Source: Planctomycetota bacterium (lineage in GTDB: Bacteria > Planctomycetota > UBA1135 > UBA2386). From it: DNA of 64,000 nt. Below the pieces are notes generated by a model. The model ran no database searches. It was not told the DNA's origin and was given only the letters and a program-made list of their open reading frames with translations. Made by a program: the position numbers and the translations under genes. Positions 18,297 through 28,000 of the stretch are shown piece by piece (the stretch's first letter is position 1; every line of letters starts with the position of its first letter). Location of the stretch: positions 5,472,001-5,536,000 of the forward strand of contig JBKAGP010000001.1 of the NCBI GenBank assembly GCA_046290465.1. Reading direction: 5' to 3'.

Positions 18297-20015
18297 TCAG
18301 TCGGCTCGGCGGCACGCGGCGCGCTCGTGCAGCCGCGACCAGTGCGACGGGGTGATCGGCATCGCCTCGCCGAACGCGGCCGCCGCGAGCAGCTCGCCGG
18401 CCCACGGTCCGGTGACCGCACCACGCGAGCCGTGGGCCAGCGTGACCGCGCGGTCGGGCGACGGCATGCCGATGCGCGCTAGCCGCTGCGCGGTGGTGGC
18501 GCGCACGCCGACGAAGCGGCGCACGGTCGGCAGGTCGCGCAGCGCTGCGGCGACCGCCGGCAAGGCGTCGAACTTCTGCAGCACGCGCGCGTCGTCGTCG
18601 GGCCGCTCGTCGCCCGCGTCGTCGCGGCGGTCGTAGGTCGAGCCGAGCCAGAGGCGTCCGTCCCGGTCGGGCGGGCACAGGTAGCCGGTCGTGCAGAGCA
18701 CCGCGCGCGGCGCGGCCGCGGGTGCCGGGATCGCGATCGCCTGGCCGCGCACCAGCTCGCCGTCGGCGATGCGCGCGGTCGCGTCGACCTCGAGGTCGAC
18801 GGCGGTCGTCGGCGGTTCGGCGACGACCTCGATCGCCTGGTGGGCGAGCAGTTCGTGCACGGCGCCGCTGAGGTCGACGACGCCGCCGGTCGGGATCCAG
18901 GCGGCGCCGAACGGCAGCGCGATGCCGGCCTGCTCACTGGCGCGTTCGCGCGGGCACCAGTGGGCGAGGTCGGCGGTGCGCGGGTTCTCGGCGCGGGCGC
19001 GCACGCGGGCTTCGTCGTCGGCGTCGACCGCGCAGAGCAGCACGCCGCAGCCGCGGAACGAAGCCGGCGCGTTCTGCGGCAGCCATCGCGAAGTCCAGCG
19101 GAAGGCCTCGGCGACGATCTCGGCGTCGGGCACCGAATGGCGGCTCGGCCGCCACAGCCGCGGCCGCACGGCGGCGGCGGGGATGCCGGAGGCACCGTCG
19201 GCGATGCCGTCGGGCCCGTGCACGGTGACCCGGCAGCCGCGCGCGGCGAACGCGCGCGCCGCCGACGCACCCGCGATGCCGGCGCCGCGGACCAGCACGT
19301 GCTGCGGTGCGCGCGTGCGAGCGACGGCGGCGTCCTCGCCGAGCCAGCGGGCGTGCAGCATTTCGCGCTTGTCGCCGAAGCCGCGTCGGCGCTCGAGCTC
19401 GAAGCCGGCCGCGAGCAGCGCACGCCGGACGTCGCCGGCGACGGTGTAGGTGGCGGCGGTCGCGCCCGGTCGGCAGCGGTCGGCGACGGCGCGGAGCAGT
19501 TCGGGCGTCCACAGCTCCGGGTTGACGCGTGGTGCGAAACCGTCGAGGTACCAGGCATCCGCCGCGAACGTGTGGCCGTGCAGCACCGTGCGGGCATCGC
19601 CGAGCAGCAGGTTGAGCGTGACCCGTCCGTCTGCGAACACGGCGCGGGTGTCGCCGCCCTGCAGGGTCTGCCGCACCCGCTGCGCTGCGTCGTGCCATGC
19701 CTCTGGCAGCCGCGCGTGCACGGGGCCGAGCACGTCCGCGCCGAGCGGTGTGCGTTCGCAGCTGATGTAGACGAGTCGCGCGTCGGGGTGGGCGTGCTCG
19801 GCGAACGCGCGCAGCGTCACCAGGAAGTTCATGCCGGTGCCGAAGCCCAGTTCGGCGACGACGAACGTGCCGCGCGCCGCCGCGAACCGTTCGCGCAGGT
19901 CGTTGCCGTCGACGAACACGTGCGCCGCCTGCTGCACGCCGTCGCCGCTGAAGTAGACGTCGCCGAACTGCGTCGAGCGCAGCCGGCCGTCGGCATCGAA
20001 ATGCGCGGGCGTCAC
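18297..20015 (-). CDS. mnmC: Bifunctional tRNA mnm5s2U34 biosynthesis protein MnmC (methyltransferase plus FAD oxidoreductase)
   Basis: FGDVYFS, ELGFGTGMNF, WYLDGFAP..NPELW, GFGDKREML; second domain GAGIAG and HGSRG. Confidence 0.88.
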   Translation of the reverse strand: MTPAHFDADGRLRSTQFGDVYFSGDGVQQAAHVFVDGNDLRERFAAARGTFVVAELGFGTGMNFLVTLRAFAEHAHPDARLVYISCERTPLGADVLGPVHARLPEAWHDAAQRVRQTLQGGDTRAVFADGRVTLNLLLGDARTVLHGHTFAADAWYLDGFAPRVNPELWTPELLRAVADRCRPGATAATYTVAGDVRRALLAAGFELERRRGFGDKREMLHARWLGEDAAVARTRAPQHVLVRGAGIAGASAARAFAARGCRVTVHGPDGIADGASGIPAAAVRPRLWRPSRHSVPDAEIVAEAFRWTSRWLPQNAPASFRGCGVLLCAVDADDEARVRARAENPRTADLAHWCPRERASEQAGIALPFGAAWIPTGGVVDLSGAVHELLAHQAIEVVAEPPTTAVDLEVDATARIADGELVRGQAIAIPAPAAAPRAVLCTTGYLCPPDRDGRLWLGSTYDRRDDAGDERPDDDARVLQKFDALPAVAAALRDLPTVRRFVGVRATTAQRLARIGMPSPDRAVTLAHGSRGAVTGPWAGELLAAAAFGEAMPITPSHWSRLHERAACRRAD

Positions 20016-20018
20016 CGC

Positions 20019-20378
20019 TCAGGTCGAGGCCGACGTGTTCGACGTGTTCTGGCTCTCCTCGTGCTGGGCCAGCATCGAGGTCGCCATCGAGCTGCTGCGG
20101 AACGACGTCAGGCACGGGATGCCGATGCCGAAGCCCTTCATGTCGTTCTGCCACAGCTGGCGGCCGGTGGCGGCGTCGATGCAGTAGGTGTAACCCTGCA
20201 CCGAGGCGATCACGCGGTCGCCGTCGAGCATCAGCGCGACCGGGCCGTAACCGCGCGGGGAGCGCCACTTCCAGACCAGCTCGCCGGTCTCCCGGTCGAG
20301 CGCTGCGGCGCGGGAGTTGAAGGCGACGAAGACGAGGTCCGCGATGGCCGGCGAACCGGACGGGGTGGACGTGCTCAT
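20019..20378 (-). CDS. Small PQQ-like beta-propeller repeat protein
   Basis: ALDRETGELVW and CIDAATGRQLW repeats. Confidence 0.8.
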   Translation of the reverse strand: MSTSTPSGSPAIADLVFVAFNSRAAALDRETGELVWKWRSPRGYGPVALMLDGDRVIASVQGYTYCIDAATGRQLWQNDMKGFGIGIPCLTSFRSSSMATSMLAQHEESQNTSNTSAST

Positions 20379-20466
20379 GCCGCCACGTTGGGCTGCCCGC
20401 GCCCGTTTGGCAAGCGGGCTCCGCCGCGTGCGCGGTCGGTCGGTCCGGTCGCTCGTCGGATCGCCG

Positions 20467-22206
20467 CTACATCTTGCGGCTGCGCTCGAGCACGTCGGTC
20501 AGGTTGCCGGTCGCCGCCTCGACGTCCTTGTCGTCGAGTTCGAGGATGTCCTTCAGCGCGTCGACCACGTGCGGGATGTACATCGTGATGTAGTTGCGCT
20601 TCTTGAACTCGTTGGCGAGCTTCTTGCCCTTGCGCACGTGCGTGCCGAGCTTGCGGCCGCACTCCATCAGCGCGCGCTTCAGCTCCTCCATGATCTCGTC
20701 GTAGCCGGCGATGGCCTCCTTCGACTCGCTCGTGAACGGCACCCACACCGACGCGATGTGCACGAAGATCACCATCGGGCCGATCGGCAGCGCGCCGCGC
20801 GGCTGCTGCAGGCCGTAGTTCTTCCAGTTGGTGCCGACCACCGCCTTGGTGATCGCACAGGCCGACTGCTGGAACACCAGCGGCACGCGGTTGGCGAAGC
20901 GGATCAGCCGCACCGGGTCGTCCGCGTTGCCCATCAGCAGCTCTTCGTTCTTCTTGACCGACTTCTCGACGATCTTGCCGGTCTCGGTCATCTCGAGCGT
21001 GTCGCCGGGACGGCCGTAGGCGATGCCGACCTCGACCGCGAACGGGCGGCCGCGGTAGACGACCGGCTTGCGCGACGCGGCCTGGTAGAAGTCGGCTTCG
21101 ACCTCCTTCTTGAGGCCGGCGATGATCAGGTCCTCGCCGATCGGCGCGATGCAGGTCAGCGGCGGCGACTTGATCTTGGTCGCCTCGATCGCGTCCTTCA
21201 GCTTCTGCACGGTCTTGGTGTCGAGGCGCCGCGGGTTGCTGCCCGGGTTGACGCCGGCCTTCTCGCAGATCTCCTTGGCGACCGTCGGTCCGACTCGCGA
21301 GAAGTCCTGCTGCAAGAACGCGCTGACCGTGCGGTTCTCGCTCTCCTGGATCATCTTCAGCAGGATGCCGAGCTCGACGCCGTGCGGGTGCGGCTTGATC
21401 TCCTCGACCTCCTTTGGGAGCTCGTTGGTGTTGCGCACGTACTCGGTGACGGTGCCGTCCGGCTCGGTGAACGTCAGGTTCACGTGCGGGTTGGACACCG
21501 CCATCAGCTTGAGGAACTCCTGGATGCTGCGCTGGCCGCGGCGGTACTCGCCCTCCATCGGGATCGACACCTCGGTGCCGTGCTTCTTGTCCCACTCGAT
21601 CGGCTCGTCCTTGGCCTCCGGGCGGTTCTTGGCGGTGTCGATGCGGATCGTGTACTGCATCGGCACCGCGCGGCGGCCGGCCTTGCTGCGCACCTTGACC
21701 GGCTGGCCGGTGGTCAGCTGGCCATACATGCCCGCTGCCGAGATGCCGATGCCCTGCTGGCCGCGGCTCTGCCGCAGGCGGTGGAACTTCGAACCGTAGA
21801 GCAGCCGGCCGAACACGTGCGGCACCTGCGCCTTGACGATGCCGGGACCGTTGTCCTCGACGACCATCGTGAACTGCTTCTCGTTGTCGCCGATGCGTTC
21901 GATCGTGACCTTGATGTCCGGCAGGATGCGGGCTTCCTCGCAGGCGTCCAGGCTGTTGTCGACCGCTTCCTTGACCGCGGTCAGCAGCGCCTTGCGCGGA
22001 CTGTCGAAGCCGAGCAGGTGGCGGTTCTTGGTGAAGAACTCGCTGACCGAGATCTCGCGCTGGCGCTTGGCCATCGTCTCGGCGTTGATGGTCTTGCTCT
22101 TGCTGGCCTTCTTCGCCGCCGTCGGCGCCTTGTTCTTGCTGGCTGCCATCGTGTCGTCGTCGGTCGCGCCGGCGAACAGGTCTTGCTGCCCGGACGTGTT
22201 GCTCAT
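20467..22206 (-). CDS. top6B: DNA topoisomerase VI subunit B
   Basis: GHKL motifs EAVDNSLDA, VEDNGPGI, LLYGSKFH, RGQQGIGIS; PHPHG; RFANRVPL; VPFTSESKEAI; start 22206 or 22149. Confidence 0.95.
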   Translation of the reverse strand: MSNTSGQQDLFAGATDDDTMAASKNKAPTAAKKASKSKTINAETMAKRQREISVSEFFTKNRHLLGFDSPRKALLTAVKEAVDNSLDACEEARILPDIKVTIERIGDNEKQFTMVVEDNGPGIVKAQVPHVFGRLLYGSKFHRLRQSRGQQGIGISAAGMYGQLTTGQPVKVRSKAGRRAVPMQYTIRIDTAKNRPEAKDEPIEWDKKHGTEVSIPMEGEYRRGQRSIQEFLKLMAVSNPHVNLTFTEPDGTVTEYVRNTNELPKEVEEIKPHPHGVELGILLKMIQESENRTVSAFLQQDFSRVGPTVAKEICEKAGVNPGSNPRRLDTKTVQKLKDAIEATKIKSPPLTCIAPIGEDLIIAGLKKEVEADFYQAASRKPVVYRGRPFAVEVGIAYGRPGDTLEMTETGKIVEKSVKKNEELLMGNADDPVRLIRFANRVPLVFQQSACAITKAVVGTNWKNYGLQQPRGALPIGPMVIFVHIASVWVPFTSESKEAIAGYDEIMEELKRALMECGRKLGTHVRKGKKLANEFKKRNYITMYIPHVVDALKDILELDDKDVEAATGNLTDVLERSRKM

Positions 22207-22283
22207 GGGGGTGGTGGTCTCGGTTGCGTGGCTCCACCGTGTCGTGCTCCTGCGGAACCGCCGCTTGCGTGCGCACGTGCACG

Positions 22284-22321
22284 GGTCCGGGCTCTGACCA
22301 GCCCGGACCGGGCCGATCCTA
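22284..22321 (-). promoter_or_regulatory. top6B promoter: -10-like TAGGAT plus 18-bp hairpin motif
   Basis: Minus strand TAGGAT-N10-CGGGCTGGTCAGAGCCCG; here the stem extends to 10 bp (22284-22293 with 22300-22309). Confidence 0.7.
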
Positions 22322-22435
22322 GCGACGCGCCCGCGCTCGGGAAATGCGTTTTGCGGCGGTCGGGTGTCAGGGTTGCCGACGGGCCGCCGCGTCACCGGAA
22401 GCAAGGGCGCTGTCCACGGGCTTTCCAGCTCCGGT

Positions 22436-23380
22436 CTACGAGGCCGGCGGCCGCGTCGCGCGGCAGTAGAACAACTCGGTGTTGACGACGGCGTTCGGCG
22501 AGTGGTCGTAGAAGGCGTAATCGACATCGAAGCCAAGCGAACGCAGCGAGTCGTCGAGTTCCCTGCCGTAGACGCGGTACGACAGCGCCGCGTTCTCCGG
22601 ATCGTTGGCGTCACCGTGGTACTCGCGCTCCATGACGTAGTCGTCCTGCTCCGGGTCGTCGGGATCGCGAACCACGACGCGATGCATCGTCTCGTGGGCC
22701 TCGCGGGTGTGCGGCACGTTGAAGACGTATGCGCCGCCGTCGCCCAGCACCCGTCGGATCTCACGGTGTGCGAGGTCGTCGAGCCGAACGTGCTCCATCA
22801 CGTCGCTGGTGAGGATCAGGTCGAAGTGCCCGTCCGGGAACGTGAGGCGCTCGAGGTTCTGGTTGGTGACGTTCTGCTTGCCGTCGATTGGCGAGCCGAG
22901 TGGGTCGTCGCAGCGAAAGCGCGAGAGCTGCACGTCGACGCCGTCGATCGCGGCCAGCTCCAGAGGGATCGGATAGGCGCAGGTCAGGTAGGCAAACGGC
23001 AGCTGGGTGTCGTAGATGCGGATGGGCCGAGGTAGGCGGTGGTTGCGCAGTTCGCGCAGCGAGGAGGCCTCGACTCCGAGTTCTTCCGCGAAGAACCGCA
23101 GGACACCGCGCGCGACCGAGCGGTAGCGGCTGGTCGTGAGGCATCCGGCGCACAAGTAGGACTCGCGCGCCAGGGGCGTCTCCTTGCAGTAGAAGGCGGT
23201 CGTCTCGCCGCACACGTTGCAGGTCGCGAGCAGGCAGGGGGCGTTGCCGAAGCGCGCCGAGTGCTCCTGCAGGCGTCTGACACACTGCAGCCAGTCGCCT
23301 GCCTCGATGCCGCGCCCAGCCGCAGCCGGCGGTTTGGAGGGCAGCAGGAACTGCTTCATCTGGCTGAGGAGGCCTTTCAT
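22436..23380 (-). CDS. SAM-dependent methyltransferase-like protein with N-terminal Zn-ribbon
   Basis: CNVCG...CAGC, then QNLERLTFPDGHFDLILTSDVMEHV...EIRRVL. Confidence 0.8.
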   Translation of the reverse strand: MKGLLSQMKQFLLPSKPPAAAGRGIEAGDWLQCVRRLQEHSARFGNAPCLLATCNVCGETTAFYCKETPLARESYLCAGCLTTSRYRSVARGVLRFFAEELGVEASSLRELRNHRLPRPIRIYDTQLPFAYLTCAYPIPLELAAIDGVDVQLSRFRCDDPLGSPIDGKQNVTNQNLERLTFPDGHFDLILTSDVMEHVRLDDLAHREIRRVLGDGGAYVFNVPHTREAHETMHRVVVRDPDDPEQDDYVMEREYHGDANDPENAALSYRVYGRELDDSLRSLGFDVDYAFYDHSPNAVVNTELFYCRATRPPAS

Positions 23381-23487
23381 GACGTCTGCATTGCACGATC
23401 CTGGGCTCGGTGCGCCGGGTCAATCGCTTTCCGGGCGACGTGCCTGGCAGCCGACGCGAGCACGCGAGATCGGCTACGATCCGCGGC

Positions 23488-24648
23488 ATGGTGTGGAGAA
23501 CGTCTCGGGCGGCCGTGGCCGCCCTGTCCTGTTGCCTCGCGGCGGTGCCCGCCCAGGGCGGAGAGGGGCAACCGGAGAAGGGGTACCAGGGCCACGATTC
23601 GCAGGGCCAGAATCCGCAGGGCCAGGATCCGCAGGGCCAGGATCCGCAGGACGAAGATCTGCCCGCGGCCGTGCGCGCCGAGCGCTGCTACCAGCTGCTG
23701 CTGGCCGAGGCGTCGCGCCCCGAGGCGATGCACGTGCTGTGGCAGCTGCAGCGGGACGCCTTGCCGGTGTTGTCCCGTGCCGTCCGCAGCAAGGATCTGG
23801 CGGTGGTCCAGGCGGCATGTGCAGTGCTGCACGAGATCGGCGGGGTCGCGGCGCCGGTGCGCGAGATCCTGATCCGCGAGCGGCGTGGGTCGAAGGGGGA
23901 CCGGCGGCTCGCCTACGAGTGGGCGCTGCACGCGATCGAGGCCCGCGGCTTCACGTTCGCGACCTGGAACGGCGAACTGCTGTTCGTCGACGACGACGGC
24001 GAGATCGCGCGCACGCTCGAAGGCTTCGCCAGCGCGTGGGACGTGCAGACCCTGCCGGGCGCGCGCATGCTGCTGACGCAGGTGTCCAAGCAGGGCGCGC
24101 GCGAACTCGACGGCGAGGGCAAGGAGCGGCGTGCATTCGGCGGGGATGCCAACACGCCGCTGCGTGGCCGACGGCTGTGGAACGGCAACACGCTGATCAG
24201 CGACAGCCAGAAGGGGCTGACCGAGTTCGACCCGACCGGCAAGGTCGTGTGGCGCCACGAGACCGGCGCTAACTGCATGCAGCGCCTGTTCAACGGCCAC
24301 ACGCTGTTCGCGACCGGCGGCGGCAAGCTGGTCGAGATCGACCGCGACGGCAAGACCGTGCGTTCGGTCGACGTGCCGGATCAGATCTACGGCATGCGCC
24401 GCCTGCCCGACGGCAACACGCTGCTGGCGACGCGCGCGGGCGACGGGGTCGTGCTGGTCGGCCCCGAGGGCAAGGTGATCAAGCAGTGGCAGAAGCTCGA
24501 GAACCCGAGCGACGCGATGCTGCTCGAGGACGGTTCGATCCTGATCTGCGGCAGCGCCAAGGCGGCGCTGTTCGATCCCGACGGCAAGGAGCGCTGGAGC
24601 TTCGAACGCCAGTGGGTCGCCGGCGTCTGCCGCGGCGGCGTCTACTGA
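23488..24648 (+). CDS. Secreted beta-propeller (PQQ-like/arylsulfotransferase-like) repeat protein
   Basis: Signal peptide and repeated RL-x-NGNTL / E-x-D-x-x-GKVVW motifs. Confidence 0.75.
   Translation: MVWRTSRAAVAALSCCLAAVPAQGGEGQPEKGYQGHDSQGQNPQGQDPQGQDPQDEDLPAAVRAERCYQLLLAEASRPEAMHVLWQLQRDALPVLSRAVRSKDLAVVQAACAVLHEIGGVAAPVREILIRERRGSKGDRRLAYEWALHAIEARGFTFATWNGELLFVDDDGEIARTLEGFASAWDVQTLPGARMLLTQVSKQGARELDGEGKERRAFGGDANTPLRGRRLWNGNTLISDSQKGLTEFDPTGKVVWRHETGANCMQRLFNGHTLFATGGGKLVEIDRDGKTVRSVDVPDQIYGMRRLPDGNTLLATRAGDGVVLVGPEGKVIKQWQKLENPSDAMLLEDGSILICGSAKAALFDPDGKERWSFERQWVAGVCRGGVY
23587..23649 (+). repeat. 15-bp coding tandem repeat (QGQDP x about 4)
   Basis: CAGGGCCACGATTCG CAGGGCCAGAATCCG CAGGGCCAGGATCCG CAGGGCCAGGATCCG CAG. 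Confidence 0.85.
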
Positions 24649-24691
24649 CCGAACCGATCGCGGAGCGCATCCCCAACCGCATCCCGAAGCG

Positions 24692-24720
24692 CGCATACCG
24701 AACCGGGTTCATCCTGCGCC
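24692..24720. repeat. Single-arm copy of the 37474 palindrome
   Basis: CGCATACCGAACCGGGTTCATCCTGCGCC is identical to 37483-37511; preceded by degenerate CGCATCCC.AA units. Confidence 0.85.
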
Positions 24721-25023
24721 GGCGCTCCGTCCGACGGGCCAGCAGGGAGCCGCTGCAGGCCAGGCGGTGGGCCAGGCGCGGCGCGGCGCGGCGGGCCGGC
24801 CCCGTCGCCGCGGTGCCATGGTCGGCCGGCGCGCGCTGCTAGGCCCGCGCTCCATGGCCGTTGCTGGCCGAGGTTTGCGGCGTACCGGGAACCGGGCGGC
24901 GGCGGCGGCGTCCGCGCCGAGCCGCAGGGGTGATGCCGACGTGGCGATCGCCCGCTACCATCTCTGGTTGAGTCGCCGACCCCTCTCGACGGCCGATTGC
25001 CACTGGCCTGCCCCGGTCCCGCC

Positions 25024-28000
25024 ATGATCATTACCTCATCAAGGACGTATCTCCTCGCCCTCTCCCTCGGTTCGACCCTGCTGGCGCAGGCCGGGCCGCA
25101 ACCGGCCGACGCGTCGCGCATCGACATCCGCTATGCGTCGTTCGATCCCTTGCAGTCGGTTCCGACCGTCCCGGAATTGCTGCGGGCCACCAATGAAGGA
25201 GGTCTCTGGATCGTGCAGTTCGACGCGACGCCGACGCAGGCCGACCGCGACGCGATCGAGGCGGTCGGCGGCCAGCGCATCGGCTACCTGCCCGACAACG
25301 CCTACATCGTGCGCATGAACGGCGCCGCGGCCGACACGGCGCGCGCGCTCCCGTCGGTCCGCTGGATCGGCAGCTACGAGACGGCCTACCGGATCGACCC
25401 GGCGCTGCTGCAGCGGCGCGCGCACCTCGGCGCGGGCAACGCCCGCTACAACATCGTGGTCGCGGACAAGCACAGCGACAAGCCGGCCCTGGTTGCGAAG
25501 ATCGCCGGCGTCGGCGGCAAGGTCGAGGACCTGCACGTCGGCAGCGTGCTGATCGATGCGACGCTGAACGGCGCGCAGCTGGCGCAGGTCGCCGGCTTCG
25601 ACGAAGTGCTGTGGATCGACCTGTGGTCGCAGCCCGAGGTCGACATGGACAACGCCCGGGTCCAGGGCGGTGGCGACTACATCGAGGGCCAGGCCGGCTA
25701 CACCGGCACGGGCGTCAACGTGCATATCTACGAAGGCATCCAGGCCAACCACCCGGACTTCACCGGCGGGGCGACCAACGTGCAGAGCGGCGGCACGGCC
25801 GAGGACCACGGCCACGCGACCGGCGGCATCGTGTTCGGCAACGGCAACTCCAACCCCGCCGTGCGCGGCATGGCGCCGGACGCCGGCAAGTTCTACACCA
25901 ACTACAACACCGTCACGGCGTCGCGCTGGCAGGTCTTCGACGACCTCGTCAACATCCACGACGTCAGCCTGTCGACGGCCTCGTGGGGTGACCAGCGCAC
26001 CACCGTCTACACGTCGATCTCGATGGAGTCGGACGACATCGTGTTCGACCACGACCTCACCTGGACGCAGAGCCAGTCGAACGCCGGCAACCGCGATTCG
26101 CGCCCGCAGGCATGGGCCAAGAACGTGTTCTCGGTCGGCGGCGTGCAGCACTTCGACGACGCCAACCCGAACAACGATTCGTGGAACGCGGGCAACGCGA
26201 GCATCGGCCCGGCCAACGACGGTCGCATCAAGCCGACGATGTGCTCCTACTACGACAACATCGGCACGTCCGACATCGTCGGCGCAGCTGGCTACACCAA
26301 CAACAGCTGGAACCCGGGCTTCGGCGGCACGTCGGGCGCGACGCCGATCGTCGCCGGCCACTGCGTGCTGGCGATCGAGATGTTCACCGACGAGACCGGC
26401 AACCCCGGCTTCGGCAAGTTCGGCAACCCGCTGCGCACGCCCGGCGGCTCGTCGTTCGAGAACAAGCCGCATGCCGCCACGCTCAAGGCGCTGATGGTCG
26501 CGACCGGCTCGCAGTACACGTTCAACGCCAGCAGCGCCGACAACATCCGCGTGCACCAGGGCTGGGGTCACCCGGACCTGCGCGAGCTGTGGGATCGCCG
26601 CGACGAGACGTTCATCGTCGACGAGGAGAGCGTGCTGACGCAGGGCGAGTCGGACGTCTGGCAGATCACCGTGCAGCCGGGCGAGCCGTCGCTCAAGATC
26701 GTGCTCAACTGGAGCGAGCCGGGCGCCAACCCGTCGGCCAACCGGCACGCGATCAACGACCTGTCGCTGCGCGTCGCCGCGCCGGACGGCACCATCTACG
26801 TCGGCAACGCCGGCCTCACGGACGGCATGTGGTCGGTCACCGGCGGCAACCTCGACACGATCAACACGATCGAGAACGTGTTCGTGCAGAACCCGCAGGC
26901 AGGGGACTGGTACGTGCAGGTGCAGGCAACCGCCGTCGTCGAGGACAACCACGTCGAAACCGCGGCGGTCGACTCGGACTACGCGCTCGTGGTCATCGGG
27001 GGCGACGGCCAGGCGGGTCCTTCCGGCGCGTTCGCGAACCTCGAGAAGATCGGCATCGGCTGTGACGGCTCGGTCTGCGTCGACGCGGTCTACGAGTTCC
27101 CGACCTTCAGCATGGCCAACAACGGCCTGACGTTCGACTACGAGAACGGCGACTACACGCTGATGCAGGGCCAGGGCACCTGGATCCCGCCGGCGGGCAG
27201 CAACCTCGGCCTCGGCGACAACAGCGAGGTGATCCGCAACGTCGGCTTCACGCTGCCCTACCCCGGTGGTTCGACCGGCACGATCCGCATCTGCAGCAAC
27301 GGCTGGATCACGGTCGGTCAGTTCACCGGCGCATCGAACATCCTGCCGGTGCCGAACGACTTCCTGAACCACATCATGTGGGCGCCGCTCTGGCGTGACC
27401 TCAACCCGGCGGCCGGCGGTTCGGTCTGGTTCGACGTGACGGCGCAGCGCTGCGTGGTCACCTGGGCCTCGGTGCCGAACTTCTTCAACAGCGGCTCGTC
27501 GACGTTCCAGGTGCAGTTCTGGGCCAACGGCGACGTGCACTACGTCTACCAGAACATCAACGTGCAGGGCGACTACCTCGCCGGCTTCTCGATGGGCCTC
27601 GGCGCCGATCCGGGCAGCATCGTGCTCGCCAACAACCTCAACGGAGGGGTCGGGGTCTGCGGCACCAACCAGCCGGAGATGGACCTCGACGGCTCGGCGC
27701 GGCCGATCCTCGGCACGACCTTCGACCTGGTGACGACGAACATTCCGCAGTCGGCGCTGTTCGGCACGATGATCCTGTCGACGACCCCGCTGAACCCGTC
27801 GTTCGACCTGACCGCGCTCGGCATGCCGGGCTGCCAGCTCCACCAGAACCTCGACATCGCGGTCCTCTGGGCCGGTGCGGGCACGTCGTACGTGCCGTGG
27901 CCGCTGCCGGCCAACCCGGCGCTGGCCGGTTTCGAGGCCTGGTGCCAGTCGGCGGCATTGGCGCCGGGGATCAACGCGTTCGGCTTCGCGATCTCCAACG

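Noticed and set aside
12665..22206. Topo VIII, or a Wadjet/defence-type TOPRIM system
   Set aside because: Separate canonical A and B subunits with Topo VI motifs; no SMC/Jet genes or plasmid context
24720..25020. tRNA or riboswitch in the long intergenic region before S8-1
   Set aside because: No cloverleaf, T-loop or riboswitch consensus that I can recognise; an Infernal/Rfam search would be needed
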